Assembly: GCF_028641065.1 (NCBI RefSeq)
Contig: NC_073411.1
Location: 6,572,001 to 6,636,000, forward strand
Direction: 5' to 3'
DNA length: 64,000 nt
DNA from: Leucoraja erinacea
Lineage: Eukaryota
Shown: positions 38,921 through 51,888 of the stretch, in pieces
How positions within the stretch are numbered: the first letter of the stretch is position 1
Layout of the letters: every line of letters starts with the position of its first letter
Program-made: the position numbers and the translations under genes
The notes under the pieces: generated by a model
Database searches by the model: none
The model's input: the letters and a program-made list of their open reading frames with translations, nothing else
Told to the model about the DNA's origin: nothing

Positions 38921-39116
38921 AGGGCCTGTCTCACGTGGCCGTCATTTGCGCGACATCATTCACGCGTCACGACGTGTCGTGCATTACGCGTGCATGGCGC
39001 GTGGTGAGGCGCGGTGGCATAGGCAGTGACGCACGGTCGCGCACGAAGCCCCAGGATTTTGGGATTCACAAAATCTTTGCGCGTCACCTACGTGACACCC
39101 AAGTGGGACAGGCCGT
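38921..39116. mobile_element. PIF/Harbinger-type MITE (CpG-rich) nested in the integrase relic
   Basis: TIRs agggcctgtctcac / gtgggacaggccgt, flanked by tga/tca (TNA-like). Confidence 0.75.
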
Positions 39117-39504
39117 TCAATTACAAAGTGCACTGATTAAGCAATTGCACAAATATCTTCCACTACATTCATTGATTCTTTTTCCCAATGTCTCTGTGCC
39201 ACACATCCCTTTCCCCATTCCTCTATGTACCAGACCAGGAGTGAGGGTGCTTGTCATTTATCATCCATAAATAACCCTTCTTTTATACTATCTTCAGATA
39301 TTTGATGGGGTCCCTCCATGATTTCACATTTTATCTGTTTGTCTAACACTTCCTGAATGACCAAATATGCCTTTTGCAAGTTGATGAGATCTATTTCTCT
39401 CACTGACCCAACTGTTGCCAATGCTGTTATTAATCCCAAAACAGCTCCTCAATACCATCTTCTTTGCCAATCTCTCTACTTCCCAATATCTTCCTAAAGC
39501 TTCA

Positions 39505-39790
39505 GAATCATGCAGCATGGAAACAGGCCCTTTAGTCCATCGAGTCCATATTATTATCTCCTTGTTCCTCTCAGTTCCCTCCTGGCCCTGATTCTATGAC
39601 TCACTTGCACACAGGTTGATAAATAACCTAGTAATCCTCACTCTTCAGGATGTGGGAGGAAATCGGAGCACCTGTACAGAACCCACACAGTCACAGTGAG
39701 AATGAGCTGACAGGTCCACATAGAGCTAAGAATTAAGCCAGGTCACTGGTGCTGTGTGGTGGCAGTTCTACCAGCTGTGCCACTGTGTGC
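39505..39790 (-). mobile_element. Older V-SINE nested in the pol relic
   Basis: cagcatggaaacaggccc tail; gatgtgggaggaaatcggagcacc V-domain; ctgtgccactgtg head. Confidence 0.7.
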
Positions 39791-40259
39791 CCTTGTGCCT
39801 CAAAGTGGCTTCTCGGCTACTGATTTAAATTGTCTTTCAAACAACCCAAAAGTCTGTCAGTGAATAGCAGACAAACATAGAATCTGAACAGATAGTATAT
39901 GGAGGCGGGAACTCAGTCGGGTGAGTCATTTCATCTGCAATAGCAGCCAACTCTGCCTGCTGTGCACTCTGATGACTTGGTAATTTTAGTGCCACTGTAA
40001 CTTTATTACAGAAATTCCAAATTTTACATCCCTCTCTTTCTCCCTTTTTGCACATAACTGTATCCATCCACATAGATCTATCTCACCGGCAAGTGAATGA
40101 CTTTCCTGTTATTTCCCAGGCCCCTTCTACTGCACATTTATTTGATTCCCCTATGTACCCATACCTACTGTGTAGGAAGAAACTACAGCTGCTGGTCTAT
40201 ACTGAAGATGGACACAAAATCAGGCATCCATGTAGCATATGCAATGGTCTATATATACA

Positions 40260-40720
40260 CGAATCAAGAGATTGTCATATACACTGGTCATGCACTGGAA
40301 CGATGAAATTCTTTCTTGCTGCAGCTACAACTAAATGTTTTTCTTTCCAACAACAACAAAAGTAAATATGCAACATTATTAGTTATTGTAAGGAAAAACT
40401 AGATCATAATAGTTCAAAACACAATGTATGTAAAGCAACTATTGTAGTGCAATATCTGTTGCAGATGGGTGCTGAGATATGGTTCCTAGTCAAGGTTGTG
40501 CAGGGTTGTTCAAGAATCTGCTGGCGGATAGGAGGAAACTGTTCTTGATCTTGGAGGTAACGGTTCTGAGGCTCCAGAACCTCCTTTCTGCTGGAGGCAG
40601 CAATAAGAGGGTGTGGCCAGGGCAATGTATCTTTGATGATAGTAGCTTCCTTCTTGAGGCAAAACTTCCTGTAGATCCTATCAATGGCGGAGAGATCAGT
40701 ACCTGTGATGAAACGCAATG
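40260..40720 (-). mobile_element. Old Rex1 3' fragment
   Basis: Minus: ITGTDL..I..IY...CLKK...IIKD; SLR...KIKNSF. Confidence 0.7.
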
Positions 40721-42079
40721 GAAATATACTGTAAGCTTTAAATGATCTCCAGACATTGGTATTGCTGCTGCACTGCTTCACTCGTTGCCTTACCCATGCT
40801 CCTTTTTCTTTCCCTTGATTATTATGGGTGTCAGGAGTTCAGGGGAGAAGACAGGAGAATGGGGCTGGGAGGGAAAGATAGGTTGGCCATGATCGAATTG
40901 CAGAGTAGACATGATGGGCCAAATGGCCTAATTCTGCTTTATAACTTATGAACTCTTTTCTGAGTCCCTAAAACTGTACTTTGCCCTACCTGAGCCTTTT
41001 TAAAGTTTACTTTTAGCTCACACCATGTTAGGAGCCACAATAACTTCAGTAGCAACACACATATGCTCCACAGCATAGTCTGTAAATAGTAACAAACCAT
41101 CCACATAATGAATCACTTTGTCCCTGCTGGAAAATCCTTCTAAGCAATTAGCCATTTGCTGATGGAATATAGATTGGCTGCGGTATTATGGAAACCTTGT
41201 GGCAGGCATGTCCAGATGTACTGCCATCCCAATTGGCAAGGCTGCATTTATACTGATCATCTTTTCTCATCAGAACAGATTAAAACCTATGTAAGCTATC
41301 TAGAATGCCGTACACTGTTGTTGAGCCCTGTACGCGGCTGATTAGATCAATCACAGCAGCCACCTTTGGGATACATGTTGCTTTATTCTTGCTCAGCAGC
41401 CTGTCATCTTTTGTTCTTTTCCGCTATTCATCAAGTCCATGGATTGCAGAGAAGAACAAGAGATTACAGACTGTTAAACAAGTCGAACAGGCCGGGTGTG
41501 TGAATGTATGTGTGTGTTGCCGCAGGATGCAAAATGATTTGGGCCATGAGAGATTTTACTGCAACCTTTAAATCTCTTGCCTGCATTTTTAAAGTAACTT
41601 TATGGCATCTACTGGGTGTTCCCAGGTTTCCCCTCAACTGTCACCTCTGCTGCTGAGATTCTCCCACAATTATGTTTGTGTGAGGCTAAAGCTGCTTCAT
41701 CCAGAATGCCTTTACTCCACTCTGGATTTATTTTAATGCTTCCCAGTCCCTAATCCCCTTTTGCTACCGCTTCCTATCCTGGAACTCCACACATAATGTG
41801 CATGCCCATTCAGTTGATTCCACCATTTTCCATTGCACTCCCATAAACTATGGTTATCTAAATTTATTACAAAGCCATTTGCTTCCCTGCTGTGTAAGCC
41901 TAGTAACTTTCTCTCCTCATCCCAATACATTAATGGAGAAGATGCATATGATGTATGAGACAATAGTCGGGCAGGGGGGTGTGGGGGAGAGGCATCCACA
42001 GTACTATCAAGCTGCACACTCCTTACCAACGCACAGTTTAGTTGTTGCCAGGACCACTTGACTCTGAGCATGGAACAAA

Positions 42080-42655
42080 GAACCGAATTCCGAAGATGAG
42101 CTATAAGTAACTACCCTTGAAATCAAAGCGGTGGATCAGAGGGTCGCACGTGGCTGAAGCTACCAGAGGACGCCAGTCTGGAAGGGGGAGCCCTCCGAGC
42201 CGGCCCCTGCTCATCCCCCAAAGACCAGAGACTAGGAGGATGAAGCCTGGGATGATGACGGACTCGACTGGCGAGGAGCAAGGTCAGTAGGAGAAGAGAG
42301 GGATCCAGGGTTGATTGTCTATTGTCAAGGTCTGGCCTACTGCCCCCTCAAGATCAGCTGCGGGGGGCTAAGGAGGATAGGCGAGAAGTGGACATGGGCT
42401 CATGGTAGATCCACATGTCCAGGGGAAGACAGTGGCTGAAGGCTCACAGCAGCCTGGGATAGCCTGGAAAAGGTGCTGTTCATAAGAACTAGAGCGCAGA
42501 CTCGACTTTGAAAAAGACGCCAGAATATGGTGCCTCTTGCATGCGGATCAGTAGACTATTTCTGTACGATTTGCTAATCGAGGATGTGCTTGTGTATGGC
42601 AATACTCTGCTGGAGTTTGCAAGAAAAAAAATTCACTGTGCGTTTGCACTTTGCG
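42080..42655 (+). mobile_element. GC-rich non-coding element with Rex1-type tail
   Basis: gactttgaaaaagacgccagaatatgg...gcaagaaaaaaaattcactgtgc end, similar to 6250-6335. Confidence 0.45.
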
Positions 42656-43406
42656 CATTATTCTTGTAAGCGTAAGAGCTCAGTCTACTTACTCACTCCA
42701 CATTTGAGAAACCTGTCATCTTGAAAGTTAATACGACAAACCTTCATTACATTCCCCACATCACTAGTATATCCTTCCTTAGATGAGATGATCAAACATG
42801 TACACAGTATTCCTGATGCATATCTCAGCAGGTCTGTATATAATTGGACTGAAACATTTTACTCGTGCTCAGATCCTGTTCCAATAATGGCCAACATGCA
42901 ATCTGGTTTCATAATTACCTCCAGTACCTACAGGATAGCAGTACGCTTGTGCAAAGAAGCCCAGGTATCCCTGACCTTACACTCTCTCACCATTAAATAA
43001 TTGCTCGTGACCTCATTTTTGTCACATTATATCATATCTATCATTTCCTTGATTGTCTATTTAACCTGTTATATCAGCTGAAGTCTCTGTACGTCCTACA
43101 TACCGCCACCCAGATTTATAGCTTGAGCAAACCTTCCACCCCTGCCTCCACCTAAAGAATTGAAATAGATTATGACCACTTGGGGTGACAGTTTTAATCC
43201 CTGCACAAGCTACTTGTTACAGTCTCACTACCAGAAAAATGACACATTTATTACCACTCTCTACTTCCTATTCATTAATCGATTTCCAATCATTAATTGC
43301 ATTAATATGCAACATTTGCGCACCCTCATTGTACCAAAGACCTATGAAAATCTAATTCATCCTTAACCATTCTGATGCTTATAATCTGCAAATCTCAATC
43401 GCATTT

Positions 43407-43459
43407 GTCAACTGTGATTTCCATTTCATAGGTCAACTGTGATTTCCATTTCATAGGTC
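43407..43459. repeat. Tandem duplication, 2 x 25 bp
   Basis: gtcaactgtgatttccatttcatag x2. Confidence 0.9.
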
Positions 43460-43884
43460 TATATTTATACCAGGGAGTCGGTGGTGGAGGCAGATACAAC
43501 GATGGAATTTAAGATGCTTTTGGATAGGCACATGGATATGCAGGGAACAGAGGGTTATGGATCACATGCAGGCAGACGAGATTAGTTTAATTTGGCATTA
43601 TCTTCTGAATCTTCTGAATTTGTAGTCGGAAGGGCAGTACTCTGCATATCGCCAACTTGTCCGGTCCAGATATTGTGGGCCGAATGGTCTGCTCCTGTAC
43701 TGTATTATTTTATGTTCTGGGTTCTATAAAAGGGAAATATTGAGCAGGCCAGTCTGCATCTGTGGGAAAAGAAACAAAGTCAGCATTTCAGATCAACATT
43801 TTCCTTACTACTGACAGCAGGCGAACTGCCAATAGTTTCCTGTATTCTCTCTCCTTCCTTTCTTCAATAGTGAGGTTACATTTA

Positions 43885-44199
43885 GAAACATAGAAACATA
43901 GAAATTAGGTGCAGGAGTAGGCCATTCGGCCCTTCGAGTCTGCACCGCCATTCAATATGATCATGGCTGATCATCCAACTCAGTATCCCGTACCTGTCTT
44001 CTCTCCATACCCCCTGATCCTTTAGCCACAAGGGCCACATCTAACTCCCTCTTAAATATAGCCAATGAACTGGCCTCAACTACCCTCTGTGGCAGAGAGT
44101 TCCAGAGATTCACCACTCTCTGTGTGAAAAAAAGTTCTTCTCATCTCGGTTTTAAAGGAGTTTTCTCCTTTATCCTTAAGCTGTGACCCCTTGTCCTGG
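43885..44199 (-). mobile_element. Young CR1/HER1-like 3' fragment
   Basis: Near-identical to 7650-7960. Confidence 0.9.
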
Positions 44200-45385
44200 A
44201 GTGGCTACCGTCCATCAGTAAGGACTGTTTGAAAATAAATGGAGTTTTGAAATATAACAAGCAGTGCATCTGCTTAACCAAGAACTGCATAACCAAGTCC
44301 TTCAACTTGTTAGCATGCTGAAGGGCCACTGTGTCAACTGTCAAGCAGTCAAGGCCAGGTAAATAGGACAGAAAGCAAGCACAAAACACAGCATAAAAAT
44401 AATTAGAATCATTTGGAATAACTGAAACTAATCGCAAAAAGTTGCACAAAGGACACAATGGATACAAGGATGTGGAAAACCTAGCCTATGATGATTAGTT
44501 TTCAAAACTAAAATGTAGTTTGTGTTTTTATAACAGACGTATAACCCTAAAGATTGTGTAAGTAAAAGTATCACCAGAAAAGCCCCAGTTATTCAAGTTC
44601 TGAGCCCAAGGGAAATGTAATAACATCTATTTAAAAATACAATTGTACAATTGTGGTTTGTATTCTAGTAGAACCCAGTTTTTGTTGCACTTATGGACTA
44701 TGGTATAATTTGTTCACAACTTCTTCCATCTGAGGTATGAACACTGCCTTTCCCTTGGTAATTAGATTTTAAAAATTCATGAGAAGGCATTCAATTCTTT
44801 TGCACAAATTATCTCTAAATGTGTTTATCATTTTTTGTTTAACTTTGGATTTAGTCAATCATTTACTGATCCTCAAACCTCAAGTTATTGCTTGTCACCG
44901 CTTCTATAAGAGCATGAAGACATACAAAATTGAAGGAGTCAGCCATTCAGCCCCACATGTTTGTTCTGCCATTCAATAAGTTTCTTGCACATGCATCGGA
45001 TCCCCCAATTCCCTTGATATATCTATAAAATGTATCAATCTCTGCCCTAACTATTCTCATCTGCTGTTCAAAAACCAAAAGAAATGCAAAGAGTTGCAAA
45101 TTGTTCAGGTGAAGAAGATTCTTCTTAATGCAAAATGGGCATCTACAAACATGGTGATGCCTGGTTCTAGGCAACTCATCAAGGGGAAGCATTATCCCAA
45201 TATTTAACTTGGTTTAAGACATTGTAGGTTTCAATGCAATCCCGTCTCATTCTTCTAAACTGATTCATTTCTCATTATAACACAATCCTGCCATCCAAAA
45301 ATTAATATGGTGAAACTTTGTTACAATCTCTCTAATCCAAGTACATCCTTACTAAATTAGGGAGAACAAAATCTGTATATAATGT

Positions 45386-45586
45386 GTAGGAAGGAACTGC
45401 AGATGCTGGTTTACACCTATAATAGACACAAAATGCCGGAGTAACTCAGTGTCGGGCAGCGTTTCTGCAGAAATGGAATAGGTGACGTTTCTGGTCGAGT
45501 CTGAAGAAGGGTCTCAACATGAAACATCACTTATTCCTTTCCACCAGAGATGCTACCTGACTCGTTGAGTTACTCCAGCACTTTGT
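45386..45586. mobile_element. Penelope-derived fold-back element nested in an old minus-strand CR1
   Basis: Arms around gtctgaagaagggtctcaacatgaaacatc; 15-bp near-TSD atctgta(t/c)ataatgt (45371-45385, 45587-45601). Confidence 0.8.
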
Positions 45587-45679
45587 ATCTGTACATAATG
45601 TTCTAGGTATGGTCTCCCCAGAGCTCTATGTAATTACAAAAAGAAGTCTGATGCTTGCAGAGAATCATGGAGAGAGACA

Positions 45680-45985
45680 GAGACATCTCCAATAAAGGTC
45701 TTTCGGCCAACTGAATCCACACTAACTAACAACTACCTACTAATCCTATAATAACCCCATTTTATTCTCCCCGCATTCCTATCAGATTCTACCACTCCTC
45801 TCCATGCTAGGGGCAATTTATGGCAGTCAAATAATCTACCAATCTTCATGTCTTTAATTTGCAGGAGTAAACTAGAGTACGTGGAGGTCACAGAGTACAA
45901 GCTCCGTAGGGCAGCACAGGAGGTCAGATTTACAATAGGTCTCTGGTGCTGAGAGGCACCGGTTCTACTTGCTGTGCCACTGTGC
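45680..45985 (-). mobile_element. Older V-SINE
   Basis: ggggcaattta...tacaagctcc...tctctggtgctgagaggca...ctgtgccactgtg. Confidence 0.65.
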
Positions 45986-46801
45986 CTAGGCTCTTGCAAT
46001 ATAGGTAAACATACTGCTTGCCTTCTACTTACTTGCTCTCTCCGAATGTTAACTGGAAGTGGTTTTTGCCCAAGGAGAACCAGATCCCACTGAAGAAGAA
46101 CAGTTGTCCATCTCTTACCATTAAAAAAAAAATCATCCTTTCTAACTTTTTCCATTAAAGTGGATGATCTCCTATTTCCCTTGGATATATTACACATTAT
46201 GGATGAGTCCCTTATCCAAATCTTTGATACAGATCGTGAACTCCAGCATCAATACTTGTAGCTGCACACGTCTCAGCCTAAAAATGATTGAAATAAGTGC
46301 CACTTATTATGCCACTTATAAGTGAACAGCAAAGTTTAAATTAAGGTCAGGTTTAACAAGTGCAGTTACTTATTAAAATATTGTACGAGGCATTTTAGTT
46401 GAAATCTAATGTCCTTCATATTGTCTCCCTATATTCTCTTCTCTTGATATTTTGTTATTTTAAAAATATAAGTGCTTCACTTCCTTCCTTTTTCAAACAA
46501 TGTCAGAGGTCCAGTATTAATGGCAAAGACAAAGTGTTGCCAATGAACTACGTTTTTCCACTGGCTATTTTAAAGCATCACATTTATCTTCTTCAAGCAG
46601 CTCGGCATTTTCCTCTAGTTTGCTTTGTGTCCTGTGCGCTGAAGAGAAATTGTGTACAATTTAATTCATTCACACCATGTGGACATTGCAGACAAGGCTT
46701 AGATTTATTGGCGGCTTGATTTTTAGTCCACTGGTACTGATGGTCTTCTGCCCTCTGGCTAATTAGGTTTTGCACCTTGGCCTGAGGGTAATGTGTGCTA
46801 T

Positions 46802-47578
46802 ATCAAAGGTAGACTATTATCTGAATGGTGGTCGATTAGGAAAAGGGGAGATGCAACGAGACCTGGGTGTCATTGTACACCAGTTATTGAAAGTAGGCAT
46901 GCAGGTGCAGCAGGCAGTGAAGAAAGCAAATGGTATGTTAGCATTCATAGCAAAAGGATTTGAGTACAGGAGCAGGGAGGTTCTACTGCAGTTGTACAGG
47001 GTCTTGGTGAGACCACACCTGGAGTATTGCGTACAGTTTTTGTCCCCGTAATCTGAGGAAGGACATTTTTGCCATAGAGGGAGTACAGAGAAGGTTCACC
47101 AGACTGATTCCTGGGATGTCAGGACTTTCATATGAAGAAAAACTGGATAGACTTGGCTTGCACTCGCTAGAATTTAGAAGATTGAGGGGGGATCTTATAG
47201 AAATTTACAAAATTCTTAAGGGGTTGGACAGGCTAGATGCAGGAAGATTGTTCCCAATGTTGGGGAAGCCCAGAACAAGGGGTCACAGTTTAAGGATAAG
47301 GGGGAAATCTTTTAGGACCGAGATGAGAAAAACATTTTTCACACAGAGAGTGGTGAATCTATGGAATTCTCTGCCACAGAAGGTAGTTGAGGCCAGTTCA
47401 TTGGCTATATTTAAGAGGGAGTTAGATGTGGCCCTTGTGGCTAAAGGGATCAGGGGGTATGGAGAGAAGGCAGGTACAGGCTACTGAGTTGGATGATCAG
47501 CCATGATCATATTGAATGGCAGCGCAGGCTCGAAGGGCCGAATGGCCTACTCCTGCACCTATTTTCTATGTTTCTATA
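46802..47578 (+). mobile_element. Young CR1/HER1-like LINE 3' 0.8 kb
   Basis: QRDLGV.VH...KANGMLAFI...LVRPHLEYCVQF...GYGEKAGTGY*; tttctatg tail. Confidence 0.95.
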
Positions 47579-47845
47579 CGATTACAGCATGGAATAAAGG
47601 TTTGTAACCAAATATATTCCTGTGACTGTTGGCCCACAGGAACTCCACTAGTTCCGTTCTGAATCTATCCCATTCGACATGTCCATCTTAAACAATGGAC
47701 AATGTTTTTGACGTGGAGATGATAATTCAGTCCCTTCACTGATCTATTGGCAAATGAATCTGAAAATGATCGAGGACAAAGTTCTTCACTTGTTAGATTT
47801 GTCAGACTGTCAGCAAAGATAGAGGCAAGATAGAAAAAATAATAT

Positions 47846-48029
47846 TTAAGAAGGAACTGCAGATGATGTAAAATCGAAGGTAGACAAAAATGCTGGAGAA
47901 ACTCAGCGGGTGCAGCAGCATCTATGGAGCGAAGGAAATAGGCAACGTTTCGGGCCGAAACGTTGCCTATTTCCTTCGCTCCATAGATGCTGCTGCACCC
48001 GCTGAGTTTCTCCAGCACTTTTGTCTACC
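47846..48029. mobile_element. Penelope-derived palindromic element, copy 2
   Basis: 75-bp arms 47879-47953/47955-48029, 1 mismatch. Confidence 0.9.
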
Positions 48030-48054
48030 ATAGAAAAATAGTAAACTTGTAACT

Positions 48055-48128
48055 ATGTTAAAGCACTTTGGTTCAAATGCTGGTTTTGTTGAAAAGTGCT
48101 ATATAAATAAACATTATTATTATTATTC
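48055..48128 (+). mobile_element. L2-type 3' tail
   Basis: taaagcactttg...aaagtgctatataaataaa(att)n. Confidence 0.6.
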
Positions 48129-49451
48129 CCTTAGCTGGTCAGTGCTCCTGTAACAAAGGCTACAACCTCCTTGCCTCTTGGTTTTAATGTCAAATGGCAT
48201 ATTTGTGGCTTTTGACCATGCCAGGCTTTGCTTCTGTTTTAATGTTTCTTTATGAACATGTCTTTTCCTCATCCTGGGTGTATTAACTTTTTTGTTTAGT
48301 GAACAGCTGTTTGCTTTGTGGCGAATCTATGATAAAATTTTATTATTATTATTATAAAACTGTTTGCTTTGTGGCGAATCTGAGCACATTTGCCATGTGA
48401 ACTTTGTTTCATCTACACGCCTGCAATTAGCTGGGCTTGACACAGGGTGCCAAACGAATAGATCTGCCCACACCCATGATGCGGCGCGTAGCCTAGGCAT
48501 TGAAGAAACGCCCAAGCTGCTTCAGGTTCAGAATGCCCTGACAGCCATTAACACGTGGCAAGATTCCCCTTCTTTGTTTTAATGAATAATATATGGCTCC
48601 CCACATTAATAATTTGCTTTGTTTAAAGAAGGAAATGCTCGGTAACTGTGGGCAGTGTCTACTGGGTGATGCTGTGTTTGATAACATCAATAATAAGAGA
48701 GAAACCTTTGAAGCCTGTTATTCTTTGTTGATCTAGAGGAAGATCCATATAAAGCAACACGGTTTTTTAAACATGAAGGAACATGTTGCATTGGTTCTTT
48801 TGGAACTACCAATGGTAAAATGCTTCATTGATAATCAGCATTGTATATCGATGTATATTTAATTGATATGCTATATTTAATTGTATACTCCATTAAAGTT
48901 AGTTCCGTGTGATGCATATAGCAGAGGCAAATTGCAGTACAGCCCAGTACAACCATTTACCAGTTCTTGTCAACACAGGCAAGCCATAATTTCTTTAAGA
49001 GAAGCAATATTTTCCTCTTTCTGCTTTTTGCTCTTTTAATGATGGCTGAAGCAGAGGGTTCTTTGGAAATAAGGTTGATGCCTCAATAACAATCTTGTAA
49101 ATTCAACAAAAATAATTTAATGGTGATATAGAAGGAATCGGGCGATAGATGGGATCAGAGGAGTGGAAATTTACTGTGGCACGCTCCTTATTTCTACTTG
49201 ATTAACTAATTCCTTTTGTGTCTGGAAATCTGGGTGTTCAATGGCACCTGTGTCCTGTTGTCTCTTCCAAAATATTGCTACAGTCTCTCGATTGACACCT
49301 ACTGGTTGCATTTGCACTGCCTGATTGAGCACCAAGTGGCTTGATCTGCTGGCCAGTCACTTGATGAGGTAAAAAGACAATCACAGTTCCTCCGTGTCCT
49401 GTTGCCTACATGCGCAGTGAATTATTGATCACAGCGTAACTTTTCCTGTAT

Positions 49452-49513
49452 TATTGGTAATAACAATGAGAGTACTTAATATTGGTAATAACAATGAGAG
49501 TACTTAATATTGG
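49452..49513. repeat. Tandem duplication, 2.2 x 28 bp
   Basis: tattggtaataacaatgagagtacttaa x2 + tattgg. Confidence 0.9.
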
Positions 49514-50019
49514 AAATAAATGTCACTATCAACATGCTGCAATGCAAACAATTTAATTTGTGAAATTAAACATCAGTTTGCAATTTCGCCTCCAACTTCT
49601 CAACTGATACTACCTGATACTGGTAGTTTATGAAGTTTGAAGTTTATTGGCCAGGTATTCACATACAAGGCATTTGCCTTGATGCTCCGCCCGCAGGTGA
49701 CAACATGACATACAGTGACAGTTAGTACATACAGTACTACCTGATTGTACTGAAAGTCCAGATCTATTCTCCAGGAAAATTAGCTTCACTGTGGGAAAAG
49801 TGGAGTTTGTGTTCGGTATTCTTCATTGTTCTATTATTCTAATAAGTCTATTATTTCAGACCGATATGTGATATGTTTCATCTAATAGACTTTAGACTTT
49901 AGAAACAGGCCCTTCGATTTTGGTTAAAAGCAATTTGTATCAATTGCTACCATCCAATTAGTTTACAGTCTTCACATGTGCCCATTCCATTGAATCCTGC
50001 TAAATTTATATTAATTTCA

Positions 50020-50830
50020 TTCTTCATAAGCAATCCCTTGATCAAGGCTGACTTGCTTCCACTGTTTTGTGGGTTCTGAGGTGGCTGGTGTGTTGGAATC
50101 GCATGCGACTGCCAGGGCAGCTAAGGGATTTCCTCTGCTTATGCAGGGCTTCTGTTAGCTCAAGCTTCCCAATGCCAACCTGAATGCTCCTTCTCCATCT
50201 CAACTGGTCATGAGCCAGGACTCCCAGGAGTTATCGGGGATGTTGCAATCCTTCAAGGAGGATTTGAGTGCGTTCTTGAATTGTTTCTTCTGTTCACCTG
50301 GTTATCTCATCCCCATACTGCAGAGACCTGTATTCTGTCAGGCATCTGAGCCACAAAGATAGACACAATGTGCTGGAGTAACTCGGCGGGTCAGGCAGCA
50401 TCTCTGGAGAAAAAGAATAGGTGACATTTTGAGTTGGAACCTTTCTTCAGAATCTTCAGAATTTCTTTGGAGTCTAAAGAAGGGTCCCAACCCGAAACAT
50501 TACCCATCCTTTTTCTCCAGAGATGCCACTTGACCCACTGAGTTACTCCAACACTTTGTGCCTATCTTCAGTATAAACCAGTTCTTTCCTACACCTATGA
50601 GCCCCATAGCCTCCTGCTGCAGCCACCTGTATGTGTACAGGTCCTTATTGCAGGGGATGTTGGCCCAGAAGAGGACACTGGCTTTGGTTCTATTATCCTT
50701 TCATTGAGTTTGGAGGAGTTGGCAGGATCTTGCCATGGCTTTGAGATGACTGCTATAGGTGGTCCACATTTCCCAATGCAAAAGGAGGCCTGGGATCAAT
50801 GCCATCTTGTAGATCAGGCCTTTTGTGGCA
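50020..50830 (-). mobile_element. RTE-clade LINE 3' fragment (old)
   Basis: Reverse reads PG.QKKQFK..LKSSLK.CNIP..SWESLA.D..RWR; RTE-like agtggaagcaagtca...gaagaa tail. Confidence 0.7.
50353..50595. mobile_element. Penelope-derived fold-back element nested in the RTE
   Basis: aagatagacacaatgtgctggagtaactc ... gagttactccaacactttgtgcctatctt arms; degenerate hammerhead-like cores on both strands. Confidence 0.8.
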
Positions 50831-51888
50831 GGGCTATCTCCTGTTATTCTTCAGATGCTCTTAAACCTACGGTGTTCTTGTTTTATTACCAATTTTTATT
50901 TAAAACATCCCACCAATCCCTTCCAAGTCTAATTACAGCCTGTTGAAAATCCTTATTAGATATTCCTAATCTTTTGAGGAATTCTCTAAAAATTGATCTT
51001 AATGAGACAACGAAATCTTAGAGCGCGCTGAGGTTCTGCTGCTATTTATTTCAAAAGGTTTATCTCCTGAATTAATTTAGTATTATTCCACTGTGATCCT
51101 GAGTGGGTTAGAGTCGCACCGTCGTGTTCATTATTGCCTAATTCGAAGGTAGGTTGATACACTATGCCAAACTATTTAATGCCTTTAAAGATCTCTTCTC
51201 AACTGCCTTGTTTCCATGGATACATGATTTACATGATTCCTTCCCAGGAGACAGCATATTTCTCAGTAAAACCACAGTTCTTCCTTTTGAAAAATGCAAT
51301 ATTTGTGAATTATTTTGTTAACTTGGGGGCAACGGGTGTGTTTTGCTTGTGGAGGGTCCTGTGCAGTTGCCAATTTGAGACCTTTCCTGATCACAATGAC
51401 ACACTTAAAAAACGTAAACCACTGTCACATTTGGCCTCAGTTACCTATCGCCTACATTTAAATAGATTAAGATAAAAAAAACAACGGAATGAGACAAAAA
51501 AAGAACAGAAAAGTGAAAAATGAGTGGGTAACATGATAATCCAAGTTGCAGATTGTGAAGAGGACACAAAGAGTCTTCGAAATGAAGGATAGTGGGCAAA
51601 TATTTGGCAAAACCTCACATTTGCCCACATTGCCCATATAATGTGGGAAATGTAAAGTTCCTCAATTTGACTGAAAGAATAAAAAAAGGCAGCATATTGC
51701 ACAGCTCCATTAAACATTCCCCCTCTCACCTCATAGCTATGCCCTCTAATGTTGGACATTTTCACCCTGGCGAAAAGGTGCGCTACCCTATCTATTCTAA
51801 ATATGAATACAATGTAACACTGCATTCTACTCTCTGGTACTTTTCTCTTAGTTCTATCTGTTGTACATGTGTATGGGTGGGGTAGCAT

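Larger units (their letters stand above)
38400..40165 (-). mobile_element. Decayed retrovirus-like/LTR-element pol relic (RNase H + integrase)
   Basis: Minus-strand translation: IYVDG.SYV.KG...LPSHQSAQQAELAAI...TICSDSMFV (RNase H); then NCLI; GTW*CVQVYFIGFLP; LLVDNMTE*VKAF...EVFSR..P.MLESDQ..HF..QIM...H...NP..S..V..TNRII.ERL...KWDEV (integrase core); many stops. Confidence 0.8.

Noticed and set aside
38263-39571. The 87-bp direct repeats as LTRs of the pol relic
   Set aside because: One copy lies inside pol, both contain a SINE tail, and there are no TG...CA ends or primer-binding site/polypurine tract.
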